Positions 28,520 to 46,244 of a DNA stretch of 64,000 nt are shown here, one piece after another. Source of the stretch: Rhizobium sp. Q54 (lineage in GTDB: Bacteria; Pseudomonadota; Alphaproteobacteria; UBA7879; VGCX01); NCBI GenBank assembly GCA_945870825.1, contig CAMBTM010000001.1, positions 97,618 through 161,617 of the forward strand. The letters are read 5' to 3'. The first letter of the stretch is position 1, and each line of letters starts with the position of its first letter. The notes beneath the pieces were generated by a model. That model saw only the letters and a program-made list of their open reading frames with translations. It ran no database searches and was not told the DNA's origin. Both the position numbers and the translations under genes were made by a program.

Positions 28520-29633
28520 CTGGCGCAACAGGTTTTAAGGGAATTGTCAGATGATAGCGCGCTGCCTTTAGATCTCCAGTTCGGCATAAAACCCCCTTTT
28601 CGACAAGATCGCTTAAGTCTCTCGTTGTTGTTGCAGATGAGGATCCTGTAATTGTTACGTAATTTTTAGCACTAAGCCCCCCCTTAAATCCTTCGGGTCC
28701 TGCCTGAAATATCCGCAGAATAACTTTTTCTTGGCGCGGATTAAGCGATTTTTTTACTTTATCCATTAGCCGCGTTTTGTCTAAAAGAAATTCTATCTGG
28801 GCTTGGCTGCGTCGTTGAGCCTCAATCACAATCGATGCAAACCAAAGCAACCATGTGGTTATATCCAAACGCTGACTTGCTGACTCAAGGGCTTGATAGT
28901 ATTCTTTCCGTCTTCTATGCAGTGTTGCTGATAAGCCTGTTAATGTGGGAACAGAAAGACGCTGGGCCAATGCTTTTTCAGCAATCATCCGTCCTATACG
29001 ACCATTCCCATCTTCAAAAGGATGAAGGCTTTCAAACCACAGATGGGCTATCCCAGCACGCGTAATAATAGGAAGAGGGTTCTCAATATTCGTTTGATCG
29101 AACCAGTCTAAGAATAAATCCATCTCACGGGGAATTTGGACGGAAGGGGGTGCTTCATAGTGAACTTTGCGTTCGTAGTCTGGACCAGAAACAATTTGCA
29201 TCGGATCTACATGGGTCCTGTAGCACCCAACATCATCTAAATCATGTCGACCATTCATGACCATTGTATGCCATTTGAATAAAGTTTCATGCCTCAGGGG
29301 ATCCGTCATATGACGATATAAATCAACCATCATCTCTGTAACACCTATTTCTGCCGGTGTTGCTTTGCTGCGATCCATGGAAAAACCCAGATGGCGACGA
29401 ATAGAGACTTGTACGCTTTCTCTGTTGAAGATTTCTCCTTCAATAGCGGAAGTTTCAAGCGCTTCAGAGCTCATAATATCTACGATGAGGGTTTTTTTGT
29501 CGGTATCACTGAGGTGGAGAGAAACACCGGCCATAAGTCCGGTCCCTTCCATGAACAAGGCCTCTGCACGGGCAAGCTTGTCTGAATCCCATGAAAAATG
29601 GGGCCAATTTTTATCTTGCCAATTCCATGTCAT
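28500..29633 (-). CDS. Fic-family protein (DUF4172 N-terminus, C-terminal wHTH)
   Basis: WNWQ...WPHF, HPFEDGNGRIGR, FKGGLSAKNY, ATTTRDL. Confidence 0.93.
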   Translation of the reverse strand: MTWNWQDKNWPHFSWDSDKLARAEALFMEGTGLMAGVSLHLSDTDKKTLIVDIMSSEALETSAIEGEIFNRESVQVSIRRHLGFSMDRSKATPAEIGVTEMMVDLYRHMTDPLRHETLFKWHTMVMNGRHDLDDVGCYRTHVDPMQIVSGPDYERKVHYEAPPSVQIPREMDLFLDWFDQTNIENPLPIITRAGIAHLWFESLHPFEDGNGRIGRMIAEKALAQRLSVPTLTGLSATLHRRRKEYYQALESASQRLDITTWLLWFASIVIEAQRRSQAQIEFLLDKTRLMDKVKKSLNPRQEKVILRIFQAGPEGFKGGLSAKNYVTITGSSSATTTRDLSDLVEKGVLCRTGDLKAARYHLTIPLKPVAPVSLKDI

Positions 29634-29705
29634 GATCGATAAACTCCTTCTTTATCAATCATAATAACACGATTTTTGATCGATAAAAGGTATTTTTATC
29701 GATCA
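29633..29705. promoter_or_regulatory. Two 29-bp palindromic operator-like sites upstream of fic
   Basis: TGATCGATAAA-N7-TTTATCAATCA (29633-29661) and TGATCGATAAA-N7-TTTATCGATCA (29677-29705). Confidence 0.7.
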
Positions 29706-29712
29706 CAGCCTA

Positions 29713-35086
<5,374 letters not shown>

Positions 35087-35090
<4 letters not shown>

Positions 35091-36205
35091 ACACGCATGG
35101 GCATGAGAACATACAACACATCACTGCCATCAATACCCTTAATAACCGCAGGGGTATCCTCATTGGACAGCTTGAATTGGATCGTCTCTCCCTTAATCTG
35201 TTGGGCAATTTCCAAAAGATACCGGGCATTAAATCCCATGCTGAGACGCTGGCCATCATAGGTCGCATCCAATTCTTCTGTTCCACTTCCTTGGTTATTG
35301 GTCGAGGCAGAGATCGTAATGCTTTTGGGCTCTACAGTCATTTTAACAGATCTGGTTTTCTCTAAAGAAATGGTTGAAATACGATCAACGGCTTCTGAAA
35401 ATAATTTCCGACTGAGCGTCAAGGATGACTCATTGCTTTGAGGAATGACTTTTGTGTAATCAGGAAAAGCCCCATCAATGAGGCGCGATGCCACAAGGGC
35501 CTTGCCGAAATTAAAGGTGATTTGGGTATGAGATAGAGATATTTCCACATCTCCCTGGGCTTCATCCAAAAGTTTGGAAATTTCCCCAATAGTCTTTTTG
35601 GGAATAATCACGTCAGGCATACCGTGGGCCCCTTGGGGTTCTGGCACTTCTGCCAGGGCCAACCGATGGCCATCCGTTGAAACAGCAGACAACACATGTT
35701 GTTGATCTGCTTCCCGGGTGTGAAAATAAATACCATTCAGGTAATACCGGGATTCGTCCGTTGACATGGAAAACCGGGTGGACCCAATGAGATGGGATAA
35801 CTCGCCCGCCGAAATGACAAAGGAATGAGGCAATCCACTGGTTTTAATATTCGTAAAATCCTTGGCATTTAAGGTGGGGAGCGAAAACTTTGCTTTCCCG
35901 CATTTTAAGGTCAAAGAATGGCTATCAGGCTTTTCACTAAGCTCAATGTCTGACCCTTCCGGAAGTTTCCTCACGATATCGTAAAACATATGGGCAGAAA
36001 CAGTTGTCGATCCTGTATCGGACACCCCAGCGGGGATGGTTTCAATGATGGAAATATCTAAGTCCGTGGCTGAGATTTTTAAGTGCGCCCCTTCTGCTTC
36101 CAAAAGAACGTTGGACAACACAGGAGTCACCGCACGGCGCTCAACAACCGTTTGGGTATGGCTTAAAGCCTTTAATAATACAGACCGATCAACTGAGAGT
36201 TTCAT
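35087..36205 (-). CDS. dnaN: DNA polymerase III beta clamp
   Basis: ATDLD, RYYLNG, TDGHRLA, RLIDGAFPDY, GFNARY, VLMPMRV. Confidence 0.97.
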
Positions 36206-36353
36206 GGATATAAGCCTTTAATTTCTGCAACAAAAATACATCTTTGCACTATATCGTCTTTGAGAAAGCCACGCAAGGCGCAAAAAGAGTCTATGGAAAT
36301 TTGCAGGTTAGTGATATACCCTTAAAAATTACAAAAAGGAGGAACATAAAATC

Positions 36354-36929
36354 ATGAAAATTAGTCTTTCCGGAAAACATCTTGATACGGGTGATGCCTT
36401 AAGAGCACACCTTGAAAAGCACCTAGTTCATGTGGTGGATAAATATTTTGGAGATGCCTTAGAGGCCCATGTGACCTTCAGCAAGGTAAAGCATTTCTTT
36501 AAAACAGAGATCTCTATTCATATAGGTCATGACATTTATGTGCGGGGAGAAGCGGAAGCGGATGAGCCTTATCCATCGATGGATCAAGCCATTCATATGA
36601 TCGAAGGAAATTTGAGGCGTTATAAAAGGCGCTTACGCGATCACCATAAAGAAGGGGCCCGAGAATCCATAGAGGCTAAACAATATGTCTTGAGCGGCGA
36701 TTATATGAATTTCGGGGAAGAAGAAGAAACTGAAGACCATGCAGAAGCAACCATTGTTGCAGAAACAACCAAAAGCTTGCCGACCTTAACGGTTAGCGAG
36801 GCTGTGATGCGAATGGATTTGGAAGGGGAAGATGTGCTTCTTTTTAGGAACAAAAAAAACGGAGCGCTGAACGTTGTTCACATGCGCCCCGACGGACATA
36901 TTGGCTGGATTGATCCTCACAATGGATGA
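36354..36929 (+). CDS. hpf: Long ribosome hibernation promoting factor (HPF/RaiA)
   Basis: GKHLDTGDAL, LRRYKRRLRDH, VSEAVMRMDL, DGHIGWIDP. Confidence 0.93.
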   Translation: MKISLSGKHLDTGDALRAHLEKHLVHVVDKYFGDALEAHVTFSKVKHFFKTEISIHIGHDIYVRGEAEADEPYPSMDQAIHMIEGNLRRYKRRLRDHHKEGARESIEAKQYVLSGDYMNFGEEEETEDHAEATIVAETTKSLPTLTVSEAVMRMDLEGEDVLLFRNKKNGALNVVHMRPDGHIGWIDPHNG

Positions 36930-36933
36930 TTCC

Positions 36934-37755
36934 TTAAGCATTATATGAAGTATCGCTAGCAGCAATAGCGCTAGAATTAATACCAAATGCGATTTCTGTG
37001 GTAATTGGTTTTGTAAGCTCGTATTGGGCAGGGTTTAGTGTCACACACCTATTAAAGAATGGCCACGACAATCCGTGCATACGCGGAGAATAGGCGCCGT
37101 AGGTTGCAGACCCGTCCACAGTCGGTGCGGATCCCTCACCAGTGGATCCCCCAAGACTAAGCGCTGACTGTGGTTTTCTCCAGTAACTGCTGTCAGGCAC
37201 TTCTTCAATATCTGTTACACAATACCATCCTACAACGCCTAACGCACTATTCAAAGAACTGGACATTTGCGGGACAAGACGAAGGGTAACGCCATTGAGT
37301 CCATGAACACGATGATTCGCTGCAAATTTAATGGTCACAAGGTTTGATGTGTTTTCCTGAATAGTAGAATTGGAAACGTTTGTAATATCAAGGTTCCCAA
37401 CATATATACGCATACCTAGATCAGATGCTGCTTGATCAAGATCACTAGGAAGTTCGCTTGGAGTCCAAGCAGCACCTGTTTGGGAGTTTACACTGGTATT
37501 ATCTTCAATGCTGCGTAACAATCTGTAAATAAGCGGGGCGACAGACTTATCCAAAAACTGTTGCATCTGACGGACCTTGTGGTTTTCACTGTAACGCGTG
37601 ATCTGATCCGTGGTAGGGGGGCTGATTTCCATAGCCCGCTCAACCATTTGATAGGGCTGAAAGTTAGACGCACTTGTCATATTAGAAGGGGCTGCGTGAA
37701 CATAAAACCCAACCAATAAAAATGTTGCAAAAAAAACTGAAAATAACTTATTCAT
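36934..37755 (-). CDS. Secreted hypothetical protein with pilin-like C-terminal pattern
   Basis: Sec-type signal ending VHA; VTIKF...LNGVTLRLVP...VVGWYC segment. Confidence 0.55.
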   Translation of the reverse strand: MNKLFSVFFATFLLVGFYVHAAPSNMTSASNFQPYQMVERAMEISPPTTDQITRYSENHKVRQMQQFLDKSVAPLIYRLLRSIEDNTSVNSQTGAAWTPSELPSDLDQAASDLGMRIYVGNLDITNVSNSTIQENTSNLVTIKFAANHRVHGLNGVTLRLVPQMSSSLNSALGVVGWYCVTDIEEVPDSSYWRKPQSALSLGGSTGEGSAPTVDGSATYGAYSPRMHGLSWPFFNRCVTLNPAQYELTKPITTEIAFGINSSAIAASDTSYNA

Positions 37756-37852
37756 TATAGACTCCCTATTAGGGCAGAAAAATGCCCTTTTCTTTAAAGA
37801 CTACACCTCAAACAAGCTGCGGTCAATAAAAAAAGGGAATAGGGATCTTGCG

Positions 37853-37978
37853 CTAACCTTGACGGGCTTTGAACCGGGGATTTTTCTTGTTAATAACATA
37901 AAGGCGTCCACGACGGCGTACAACGCGACAATTTCTTTCGCGACACTTTATAGTCTTAAGGGAACTGACAACTTTCAT
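37853..37978 (-). CDS. rpmJ: 50S ribosomal protein L36 (Zn-free type)
   Basis: MKVVSSLK...[24 protein letters not shown], 41 aa. Confidence 0.96.
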   Translation of the reverse strand: MKVVSSLKTIKCRERNCRVVRRRGRLYVINKKNPRFKARQG

Positions 37979-38049
37979 TTTCTTTAAATCTCTAAAACTG
38001 TTTGATATGATCCATATAACAAGCTGATCGTATAAAGTCAAGAATAGCG

Positions 38050-38643
38050 TTATGGATTTTTACCCCATTTTTCGGCGGGATCGATTTTTATGATAGGTGT
38101 CGACTGAATGGTTGGAATCACTTCGTCCACTGTTTCAACAAAATGGCAGAGTTGCGTATCCTTGTTGGAAATAAATCCACCGTCTTTTAGACTATCAAGA
38201 ACGGTCTTTAAAGGATCCCAGAACTTTTCATAATTTAAAACCACCATGGGTTTGGCATGAAGACCAATTTGCTTCCACGTCAACACTTCAAAAAATTCAT
38301 CCAATGTACCAAATCCCCCGGGAAGGACGATAAAAGCATCAGATTCTTCAAACATCAAGTGTTTGCGAGCATGCATATTGTCAACCACCTTCAGGGTTTT
38401 TAGGCCATCGTGGATGCCCTCATGTTCGCCGAGATACTTCGTTGTAACACCCAGTACAGAACCATTTGATTCCATCACGCCATCAGAGACAGCGCCCATC
38501 ATGCCAATACGCGCGCCCCCATAAACGAGGCGGAATCCGGCATCAGCGATACGATGCCCCATGTTTTTTGCGACAGTTTTATAATGATCGTCAACTTTGA
38601 CAGACGCACTACAATAAACACAAATGGATTTTAATCCCCCCAT
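38050..38643 (-). CDS. LOG-family nucleotide phosphoribohydrolase
   Basis: [19 protein letters not shown]. Confidence 0.92.
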   Translation of the reverse strand: MGGLKSICVYCSASVKVDDHYKTVAKNMGHRIADAGFRLVYGGARIGMMGAVSDGVMESNGSVLGVTTKYLGEHEGIHDGLKTLKVVDNMHARKHLMFEESDAFIVLPGGFGTLDEFFEVLTWKQIGLHAKPMVVLNYEKFWDPLKTVLDSLKDGGFISNKDTQLCHFVETVDEVIPTIQSTPIIKIDPAEKWGKNP

Positions 38644-38747
38644 TGTGTGATCCTTTCTTTTGAAGTTTTTTGAATTTGACTTTTATTTGACTTATACCCC
38701 ATTATCCCCTATACATCAACCGTCAATTCAAGATAGGAAGATACCAC

Positions 38748-39428
38748 GTGTTTAATCGCATCGCACCCATTCACCCTGAAGGTGTTGTTTTTGGCGCCAT
38801 TTTTTTCATTGTTTCCATGGTGCTTTGGCACATTTTTGTCCCCCTTGGATGGATAGGATTTATTTTAACGCTTTGGTGTTTTTATTTCTTCAGAAATCCA
38901 ACACGTGTCACCCCCTTAAGAGAAGGCCTTATCATTAGCCCTGCTGACGGTGTTGTGCAAGCAATCACAGAAGTCAGCCCCCCTGCTGTTCTAGGCCTTA
39001 AGGGAAACCGTATCCGTGTCAGCATTTTCATGAATGTCTTTAATGTTCACATCAACCGTATTCCCCTTGGTGGAACCATTAAAAAAATACACTACCACCC
39101 AGGTAAATTCTTTAATGCGTCTTTGGACAAGGCGAGCGAACATAACGAACGCCAATATATGGTAGTAGAGGCCGAAGATAAAACTGTTATTGCCTTCACC
39201 CAAATTGCGGGCCTTATTGCAAGACGTATTCGCGTTGATGTTAAAGAAGGCGACCTTGTGGAAACGGGGCAACGATTTGGTTTGATCCGTTTTGGCAGTC
39301 GCGTGGATGTCTTTCTCCCCCTTCACATTAATCCCCTTGTGATCGTTGGACAAACAATGGTTGCAGGAGAAACAGTGATTGCAGATATGTTCTCTAAGGA
39401 GGATAGCCGCGATGGCGAAACCCGTTAA
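38748..39428 (+). CDS. psd: Phosphatidylserine decarboxylase
   Basis: [34 protein letters not shown]. Confidence 0.94.
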   Translation: MFNRIAPIHPEGVVFGAIFFIVSMVLWHIFVPLGWIGFILTLWCFYFFRNPTRVTPLREGLIISPADGVVQAITEVSPPAVLGLKGNRIRVSIFMNVFNVHINRIPLGGTIKKIHYHPGKFFNASLDKASEHNERQYMVVEAEDKTVIAFTQIAGLIARRIRVDVKEGDLVETGQRFGLIRFGSRVDVFLPLHINPLVIVGQTMVAGETVIADMFSKEDSRDGETR

Positions 39429-40206
39429 AAAGAAAAAGATACCAACTTCTACGGGAAAAAGTGTCCTTCAAAAGAATATCAAAGAACTCCCTTTTAATCG
39501 CTTCATTCCCAACCTTGTAACGCTTTCAACACTTTGTGCAGGGATGAGCGCTATTCGTTTTGGGCTTTCTCAAAAATGGGAATATGCTGTGCTCTGTATT
39601 GTTATTGCAGCTATTCTGGATGCTCTTGATGGGCGGCTTGCCCGTTTTCTTGGAACATCTTCACGGTTTGGGGCTGAACTTGATTCGCTTGCAGATTTTT
39701 GCAACTTTGGGGTAGCGCCCGCTATTCTCGTGTACCTTTATCAACTTGAAAATCTTGATCGCTTTGGTTGGCTTGTTTGTTTGTTTTTTACCATCTGTAT
39801 GGCCCTGCGCCTTGCAAGATTTAATGCCTTTCTTGATGAAACGCCCCCCCCTCTTTTTGCCTCTGGAAAGTTCTTTATGGGTATTCCTGCCCCTGCAGGG
39901 GGTCTTCTGGCTTGCTTCCCCATGGTCTTGGACTTTCAGGTCCCTTCCTTTAAAGCCCCTGCGTTGATCCACATTATTGCGGTATTTTGTATCGCCCTTA
40001 TGTTAGTAAGTCGAGTCCCAACGTTTTCTTTTAAAAAAGTTTCTATCCCCCGCAGTCTTGTGCTGCCTGTCTTTATTATAGCAGGTATTACGGTCGCAGG
40101 CTTTGTGATGGCCCCTTGGACTGTTCTTAGTATCATTGGGACTGTTTATGTTGGATTGATCGCCATCAGTGTGCGCTATTATAAGAAACTTGAAAGATCC
40201 CTTTAA
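39412..40206 (+). CDS. pssA: CDP-diacylglycerol-serine phosphatidyltransferase
   Basis: [31 protein letters not shown]; follows psd. Confidence 0.93.
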   Translation: MAKPVKKKKIPTSTGKSVLQKNIKELPFNRFIPNLVTLSTLCAGMSAIRFGLSQKWEYAVLCIVIAAILDALDGRLARFLGTSSRFGAELDSLADFCNFGVAPAILVYLYQLENLDRFGWLVCLFFTICMALRLARFNAFLDETPPPLFASGKFFMGIPAPAGGLLACFPMVLDFQVPSFKAPALIHIIAVFCIALMLVSRVPTFSFKKVSIPRSLVLPVFIIAGITVAGFVMAPWTVLSIIGTVYVGLIAISVRYYKKLERSL

Positions 40207-40910
40207 GCTTTCTTCAAAATAGCCTTATAAACCATACAACTTGTAATGACCTGCAAGACGGTCGCGATAGTTTCTATGATTTCCCCTAACAACGGGTAAC
40301 GTAGATAATGGGAAATGACAAAAAAGCACAGAAAAATTCCCATGGTCGCAATAAAAATTTTGATAACTTGTCCCCGTGTAAGCGTTAATGACTCCTTAAA
40401 AGAGATCGTTTTTTTATCGTAAAAGCTAAGTAATGTCATGAGAAACCGGTTGATATGCATCATGTAAAGCATAATAAGAACGATAAAACATATGAGAAGA
40501 AAGAGCGTCCCTAGGGTATCTTGCACTGACCCTAGAAGAATTCCAAGCAGCAGCAACAAAGCTATCGTTGCAAGAAACATCACCAACAGCACACAGTTCC
40601 AAAGAAAGTAACGCGTATCCCCTTTGGACCAGGTCATTCCCAAGACATTTGGACGTTTAAAATTCTTTTTTACAATCATGTTGAAAATAGGGCGCGCATA
40701 AAAGGGCGATAAAACAAGTAAGATCAAGGGGCGCAAAAGATCATTGATCCAAGTGCTCCAAGAATCACCCAGACTGATTCCTTCTAAGTCCATCCCATAA
40801 TTGATTAAAATGTTGAGCGCTACAACAACCCATAAATTGCGGACAATAGAGAAGAAGTTGTTCTGTAAAAAAGAAAAGGATTCTCTTGTAACTTGCCAAA
40901 TGGAAACCAT
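40203..40910 (-). CDS. Hypothetical multi-pass membrane protein
   Basis: 235-aa ORF with several hydrophobic helices; no family recognised. Confidence 0.6.
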   Translation of the reverse strand: MVSIWQVTRESFSFLQNNFFSIVRNLWVVVALNILINYGMDLEGISLGDSWSTWINDLLRPLILLVLSPFYARPIFNMIVKKNFKRPNVLGMTWSKGDTRYFLWNCVLLVMFLATIALLLLLGILLGSVQDTLGTLFLLICFIVLIMLYMMHINRFLMTLLSFYDKKTISFKESLTLTRGQVIKIFIATMGIFLCFFVISHYLRYPLLGEIIETIATVLQVITSCMVYKAILKKA

Positions 40911-41065
40911 TCTTTATCCCTCGTTTTTTATTTTCATTATACCATAAGGATAATAGACGTCACCAAAAAAATCTGCGTTGCTAGAATCCATTTTATCATC
41001 TATTGATTTTTCAGTGAAAAGCTCCTAGGTTAGCGGAACGTTCAGCAATAAGGAGTGTGGGTTTT

Positions 41066-42613
41066 ATGCGTCTCATTCGGTCAGCATTTTCTGTGGCGAC
41101 ACTAACGATTTTGAGTCGTATGGCAGGATTTTTAAGGGAAATGCTTCAAGCCCATTATTTTGGGGCGGGCGCCATCAATGACGCTTTGAAACTAGCCATT
41201 AGAATCCCCAGCGTTTTTAGACGGATTTTCGCAGAAGGGGCTTTCAATGCTTCCTTTATCCCCATTTTTTCTAAGATCCTTACCAGCCAGGGAAAAAAAG
41301 AAGCAGTTGAATTTGCCCAAAACATTTTTTCCATTCTTGCCATTACCCTTTCCGTTCTTATTATTCTGGTTGAACTTTTTCTGCCCCATTGCATTAGTCT
41401 TTTGTACCCCGGACTTTTGAAAACGCCTGATCGCTTATCCTATACCATCCAATTTACCCGTATTATGTTTCCCTTTTTGATGTTCATTTCTCTAACTGCT
41501 TTTTTTAGTGGTATCTTGAACTCTTTCGAACGTTTTGTGGCAGCAGCGTCTTCTCCCGTTGCTGGAAACTTGGCGATCATTGGGGCTTTGTTATATCTCA
41601 GCCCCCATCTCGATAATATGGGTTCTGCTTTTTCATGGGGAATTTTTCTTTGTGGCCTTGTCCAATTTCTTTGGGTCTTTGCTCCGTGTTCTTTAAAAGT
41701 TGCCCTGGTGCTGCCTAAAAGTCCTAAACTAACCAAAGATGTCCGCCTTTTTTTCCAAAAGATGATTCCAGCGGCCCTTGGGTCTGGCATTGTTCAAATT
41801 AACCTTTTTTTGGATATGATGATCGGCTCTTTTTTACCAACGGGTGGTATTTCCTATATGGGCTATGCTGATCGACTGAACCAATTGCCCCTAAGCACCA
41901 TTGGGATTGCCATCAGTACAGTTCTCCTTCCTTTGCTTTCAAAGCAAATCAGAAAAGGCCATCTTCAAGCGGCCCAACAAAGCCAAAATCTAGCCATTGA
42001 GTTTTCTTTGTCTTTATCCATGCCAGCATTCATTGGTCTTATTCTGCTAGCGCCTCTTTTGATTGAAACGATCTTTCACCACGGGGAATTTAGGGCAGAA
42101 GACGTCATGCCAACGGCCTATACCCTTATTGCTTTTGCATCAGGTCTTCCGGCGTATGTCCTGTTGAAAGTCATTAGCACCAGCTTTTTCGCCCATGGGG
42201 ACACGAAGAATCCTATGATTGTTGCGGGAATTTGTCTCACCTTGAATGTGGTTTTAAATCTTTTACTGATTAAACCCTTGGCTTACGTGGGCCTTGCCCT
42301 TGCAACATCTTTTTCAGCCTGGGTTAACCTTATTATCTTGACGATTATTTTGAAGAAAAAAGGATTCTTTACATTTGATGCCATGCTCCGTGAGTCACTT
42401 TATCGTATCGGGTTGGTATCCACGCTGTTCTTTATCTTCCTTTATACATGCCGAGAACCTATGGAGATGTTCTTAACCCATATTAGTCCCAACCGCATAT
42501 GGCTCCTTGGAGGCATGATGACCTTATCCCTTGGAGCTTACCTTGCCATGGCATACCCCCTTAAAGTCCTTCACTGGAAAGATATCAAGACGCGCTTAGA
42601 CACAACTGTCTAA
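41066..42613 (+). CDS. murJ: Lipid II flippase MurJ
   Basis: [34 protein letters not shown]. Confidence 0.95.
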   Translation: MRLIRSAFSVATLTILSRMAGFLREMLQAHYFGAGAINDALKLAIRIPSVFRRIFAEGAFNASFIPIFSKILTSQGKKEAVEFAQNIFSILAITLSVLIILVELFLPHCISLLYPGLLKTPDRLSYTIQFTRIMFPFLMFISLTAFFSGILNSFERFVAAASSPVAGNLAIIGALLYLSPHLDNMGSAFSWGIFLCGLVQFLWVFAPCSLKVALVLPKSPKLTKDVRLFFQKMIPAALGSGIVQINLFLDMMIGSFLPTGGISYMGYADRLNQLPLSTIGIAISTVLLPLLSKQIRKGHLQAAQQSQNLAIEFSLSLSMPAFIGLILLAPLLIETIFHHGEFRAEDVMPTAYTLIAFASGLPAYVLLKVISTSFFAHGDTKNPMIVAGICLTLNVVLNLLLIKPLAYVGLALATSFSAWVNLIILTIILKKKGFFTFDAMLRESLYRIGLVSTLFFIFLYTCREPMEMFLTHISPNRIWLLGGMMTLSLGAYLAMAYPLKVLHWKDIKTRLDTTV

Positions 42614-45312
42614 AGCGCACCGTGACATTGCTTATATTTTTTACCTGATCCACAAGGACATTCCGCATTTCTGGAAACACGCCCCCAGGTACTCGGATCT
42701 TTTGGATCAATTTCCTGGGTTTGACGACGCACAACAGGGCCCTTAGGCTTTTCATCTGCCGCTTGTTCAAACGCAGGATCAAGGCGGCCTTCATGAGTGA
42801 CTTGGGGCGTTTGGGGAATAATATCTTCACTTTCCTCTGGGCGGAAATTAAACTGGGATAAGATCAACATGACTTCTTCCCTAAAAGACCAAAGCATGCC
42901 TTCAAAAAGCTCAAAGGCTTCCTTCTTGTATTCATTTAAAGGATCCCGTTGGGCGTAGGCCCTCAGGTTAATACCTTGGCGCAAATGGTCGAGGGAAAGA
43001 AGATGATCTTTCCAAACCTGATCCAGAACCCTTAACAAAACAGATCTATAGAGGTGGGATACAAGATCGTCTGGGAATCCTTTGAACTTTGCATCAAACT
43101 GTTGGAGAATAGTTTTCTCAACGCGTTCTTGAATTTCCCTGTCTGCGATTCCTTCTTCCGCAGCCCATTGTTCTACCGCAAGATCCAATCCAAAAATACG
43201 TCGTAATTCTTCATGAAGCCCCTTCATATCCCAATCAGTCGCGTAGGCTTTTTCAGGAATATGGCGATGAATAAGGTCAGAAATGACTTCTTCACGTATT
43301 TCATCAACAAACTCTGTGACGTCTTCTTGACTCATTAATTCACAGCGTTGATCATAAATCACACGCCGCTGATCATTCATCACGTCGTCATACTTCAACA
43401 AATGTTTGCGGATATCATAGTTACGGGCTTCCACACGTGCCTGAGCTTTTTCAAGGGCCCGGTTGATCCAAGGGTGAGTAATCGCTTCGCCTTCTTTAAG
43501 ACCTAGTTTCTGGAGCATAGAGTCCAATCGATCCGACCCAAAAATACGCATCAAGTCATCTTCTAGAGAAAGGAAAAACTTAGACGCCCCCGGATCCCCT
43601 TGGCGCCCTGAACGACCACGCAGCTGATTGTCGATGCGACGGCTTTCATGGCGTTCTGTTCCAATGACAAAGAGACCCCCTGCCGCTAAACCAGTTTCTT
43701 CATCAACCTTAATCTGATCTTCGATCTTCTGTGTTAATTCGTTGCGCTTTTTCTCATCTGAAATCCCCTGGAGTTCCATTGTGAGACGCACTTCCAAATT
43801 GCCCCCAAGTTTAATATCGGTTCCACGTCCTGCCATGTTTGTTGCAATGGTAACAGCTCTGGGATATCCAGCTTCTGCAATAATTGCTGCTTCTTGCTCA
43901 TGGTGGCGAGCATTCAAGACATTATGGGGAATCTTATGTTTTTTTAGTTCTAGTGAAAGCTTTTCTGATTTTTCAATACTGGCTGTACCTACCAATGTGG
44001 GTTGATTGCGGGCATAACATTCCTTAATCAACGCGATCACCGCATCAAATTTTTCACGTTCTGTGCGATAAACCTCATCATCATAGTCCACACGTTTTAC
44101 AGCTTTATGGGTTGGTAAATCCACAACGCCCAGCTTATAAATATCCATAAACTCTTGGGCTTCTGTCATGGCAGACCCAGACATACCTGCAAGCTTTGGG
44201 TAAAGTCTGAAGTAATTTTGGAATGTCACGGACGCAAGCGTTTGGTTTTCCATCTGAATGGTCACCCCTTCTTTTGCCTCCAAAGACTGGTGCAATCCAT
44301 CGGAAAAACGACGCCCTGACATCATACGTCCTGTAAATTCATCAATGATAATAATCTTGTCATCCATGACAATGTAATCTTTATCTTTTGTGAACAGGGT
44401 GTGAGCTTTGAGTGACTGGTTGATATGATGAACAAGAGCAATATTTTGACTATCGTACATGGAATTTCCCTTCAAAAGACCATGTTTTTTCAGCAGAGAT
44501 TCAACTTGCTCCACTCCTGCTTCTGTCAGGGTAACATTGTTATGCTTTTCTTCCTTTTCATAGTGTTCTTGTTTCAAGGATGCAACAATCGTATTAGCAG
44601 AGGCATAAAGGGAGGAAGAATCTTCCGCAGGCCCTGAAATAATCAAGGGTGTCCGTGCTTCGTCAATCAAAATACTGTCGACTTCGTCAATAATGGCATA
44701 ATTATAGGGCCGTTGTACCATTTCATCGAGGTGAAACTTCATGTTGTCTCTCAGATAATCGAACCCAAATTCATTGTTTGTTCCGTAGGTAATGTCGGCC
44801 GCGTAGGCTTTTTTCCGTTCCGAATCACTCATGTTGCTGGTAATACACCCCATAGAGAGGCCTAAGAATTTGTAGATTTCTCCCATCCATCGTAAGTCAC
44901 GCTCTGCAAGGTAGTCATTCACAGTCACAACATGAACGCCTTTCCCTGTTAAAGCGTTGAGGTAAACCGGAAGTGTTGCAACCAACGTCTTTCCTTCACC
45001 TGTCCGCATTTCTGTAATAGTTCCCTCATGAAGGAAGATGCCGCCTAAGAGCTGGACATCAAAATGACGCATCCCAAGGGTTCTAACAGAGGCTTCCCGG
45101 ACAACCGCAAAGGCCTCCGGAAGGATCTGGCCCAATGTTTCACCGCTTTCTAACCGTTTCTTGAAATCAAGACGTTTTTCAGCCAAAGCCGTATCCGACA
45201 ATCCTTGGACACTGGGTTCTAAGGCGTTAATGGCATCAATAGTTTTTTGGTGTTGTTTGATGAGGCGGTCATTAGCGGTGCCAAAAATCTTTTTTATCAG
45301 TGTTGTAAACAT
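42610..45312 (-). CDS. secA: Preprotein translocase SecA
   Basis: [34 protein letters not shown]-terminal [14 protein letters not shown]. Confidence 0.98.
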   Translation of the reverse strand: MFTTLIKKIFGTANDRLIKQHQKTIDAINALEPSVQGLSDTALAEKRLDFKKRLESGETLGQILPEAFAVVREASVRTLGMRHFDVQLLGGIFLHEGTITEMRTGEGKTLVATLPVYLNALTGKGVHVVTVNDYLAERDLRWMGEIYKFLGLSMGCITSNMSDSERKKAYAADITYGTNNEFGFDYLRDNMKFHLDEMVQRPYNYAIIDEVDSILIDEARTPLIISGPAEDSSSLYASANTIVASLKQEHYEKEEKHNNVTLTEAGVEQVESLLKKHGLLKGNSMYDSQNIALVHHINQSLKAHTLFTKDKDYIVMDDKIIIIDEFTGRMMSGRRFSDGLHQSLEAKEGVTIQMENQTLASVTFQNYFRLYPKLAGMSGSAMTEAQEFMDIYKLGVVDLPTHKAVKRVDYDDEVYRTEREKFDAVIALIKECYARNQPTLVGTASIEKSEKLSLELKKHKIPHNVLNARHHEQEAAIIAEAGYPRAVTIATNMAGRGTDIKLGGNLEVRLTMELQGISDEKKRNELTQKIEDQIKVDEETGLAAGGLFVIGTERHESRRIDNQLRGRSGRQGDPGASKFFLSLEDDLMRIFGSDRLDSMLQKLGLKEGEAITHPWINRALEKAQARVEARNYDIRKHLLKYDDVMNDQRRVIYDQRCELMSQEDVTEFVDEIREEVISDLIHRHIPEKAYATDWDMKGLHEELRRIFGLDLAVEQWAAEEGIADREIQERVEKTILQQFDAKFKGFPDDLVSHLYRSVLLRVLDQVWKDHLLSLDHLRQGINLRAYAQRDPLNEYKKEAFELFEGMLWSFREEVMLILSQFNFRPEESEDIIPQTPQVTHEGRLDPAFEQAADEKPKGPVVRRQTQEIDPKDPSTWGRVSRNAECPCGSGKKYKQCHGAL

Positions 45313-45458
45313 TATAGACGGGCCTCTTTCTTTAAATCTATGAAACGAACATACGAACTGCTCAGATATTTTTATCATAGTTTTTCAAGAGGCCCAATAA
45401 AAATTATCTTGATCTTATGGGTTTGATTGTTTAACGTTGGCGAAGTTATCAGTTCTTT

Positions 45459-45545
45459 GCCCGCTTGGTGGAATCGGTAGACACGACAGACTTAAAATCT
45501 GTTGGCTTTACGGCCGTGCTGGTTCGAGTCCGGCAGCGGGCACCA
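45459..45545 (+). tRNA. tRNA-Leu(TAA)
   Basis: GCCCGCT acceptor stem, anticodon arm ACAGA-CTTAAAA-TCTGT, long variable arm, GGTTCGAGTCC, encoded CCA. Confidence 0.95.
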
Positions 45546-45555
45546 TAATTCTCTG

Positions 45556-46047
45556 TTAACGCAAGTTTCCTTGACGTCCCCTGGATGGAAATTCCAGGAC
45601 GTTTGGCACAGGTGATATAATATGCGTTTCCAACCAATTACTTTTTCCTAAAAGATAATCTGCCATCATATCTATAAGATAATCCGCCGTTTTTAATTTC
45701 TTAATGCTAAAACCGATCAGTAAAACCTTGAATCGCTTTACAAGATTTTTTTCTTGAGGCCAACAAGCTTCCATAAAATCAACAACATTGGCTAGTCCAT
45801 GAAGGGGGGTCCTTAGAAGAATTGCATCCACAGAGCACTGGACTTCTTGATTATTAAAGTATGATTGAACAAAATGGGTCAGGGGTTTGGGGCCCAAATC
45901 TAATTTTTCTAGAAAGTTTGTTAAAAGTCCTTCTCGTTCATCTTTTTCGGATGTTAAAAATAAATCCAAAAAATCATCTAAAAGATCCACAAAAACATCT
46001 TGGTAGTCAGATCGCTTAAGCTTCTCGGATTCAAAATCGATGATCAT
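45556..46047 (-). CDS. Hypothetical protein
   Basis: ORF starting MIIDFESEKLKR after an AAGGAAGG SD; no family recognised. Confidence 0.55.
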   Translation of the reverse strand: MIIDFESEKLKRSDYQDVFVDLLDDFLDLFLTSEKDEREGLLTNFLEKLDLGPKPLTHFVQSYFNNQEVQCSVDAILLRTPLHGLANVVDFMEACWPQEKNLVKRFKVLLIGFSIKKLKTADYLIDMMADYLLGKSNWLETHIISPVPNVLEFPSRGRQGNLR

Positions 46048-46244
46048 CGCCAATTTTCCTTCCTTTGAGTTATGTGTATTTTTAACGTATATTGGAACTT
46101 TTTTGTCACATATACTGATGAATATGTCACATATGATGACGATGCGGGAAATTGTCAACCCGATTTAAAAAAATACAGCCTTTTCATCATTTTTTGACAA
46201 AGAGCTTCTTTGTGTGTAGAGTGACCAACAGTGAGGTATATACG

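Noticed and set aside
45459-45545. tRNA-Leu as a prophage or island attachment site
   Set aside because: No integrase, and no duplicated tRNA 3' end seen in the window; the same holds for tRNA-Ser.
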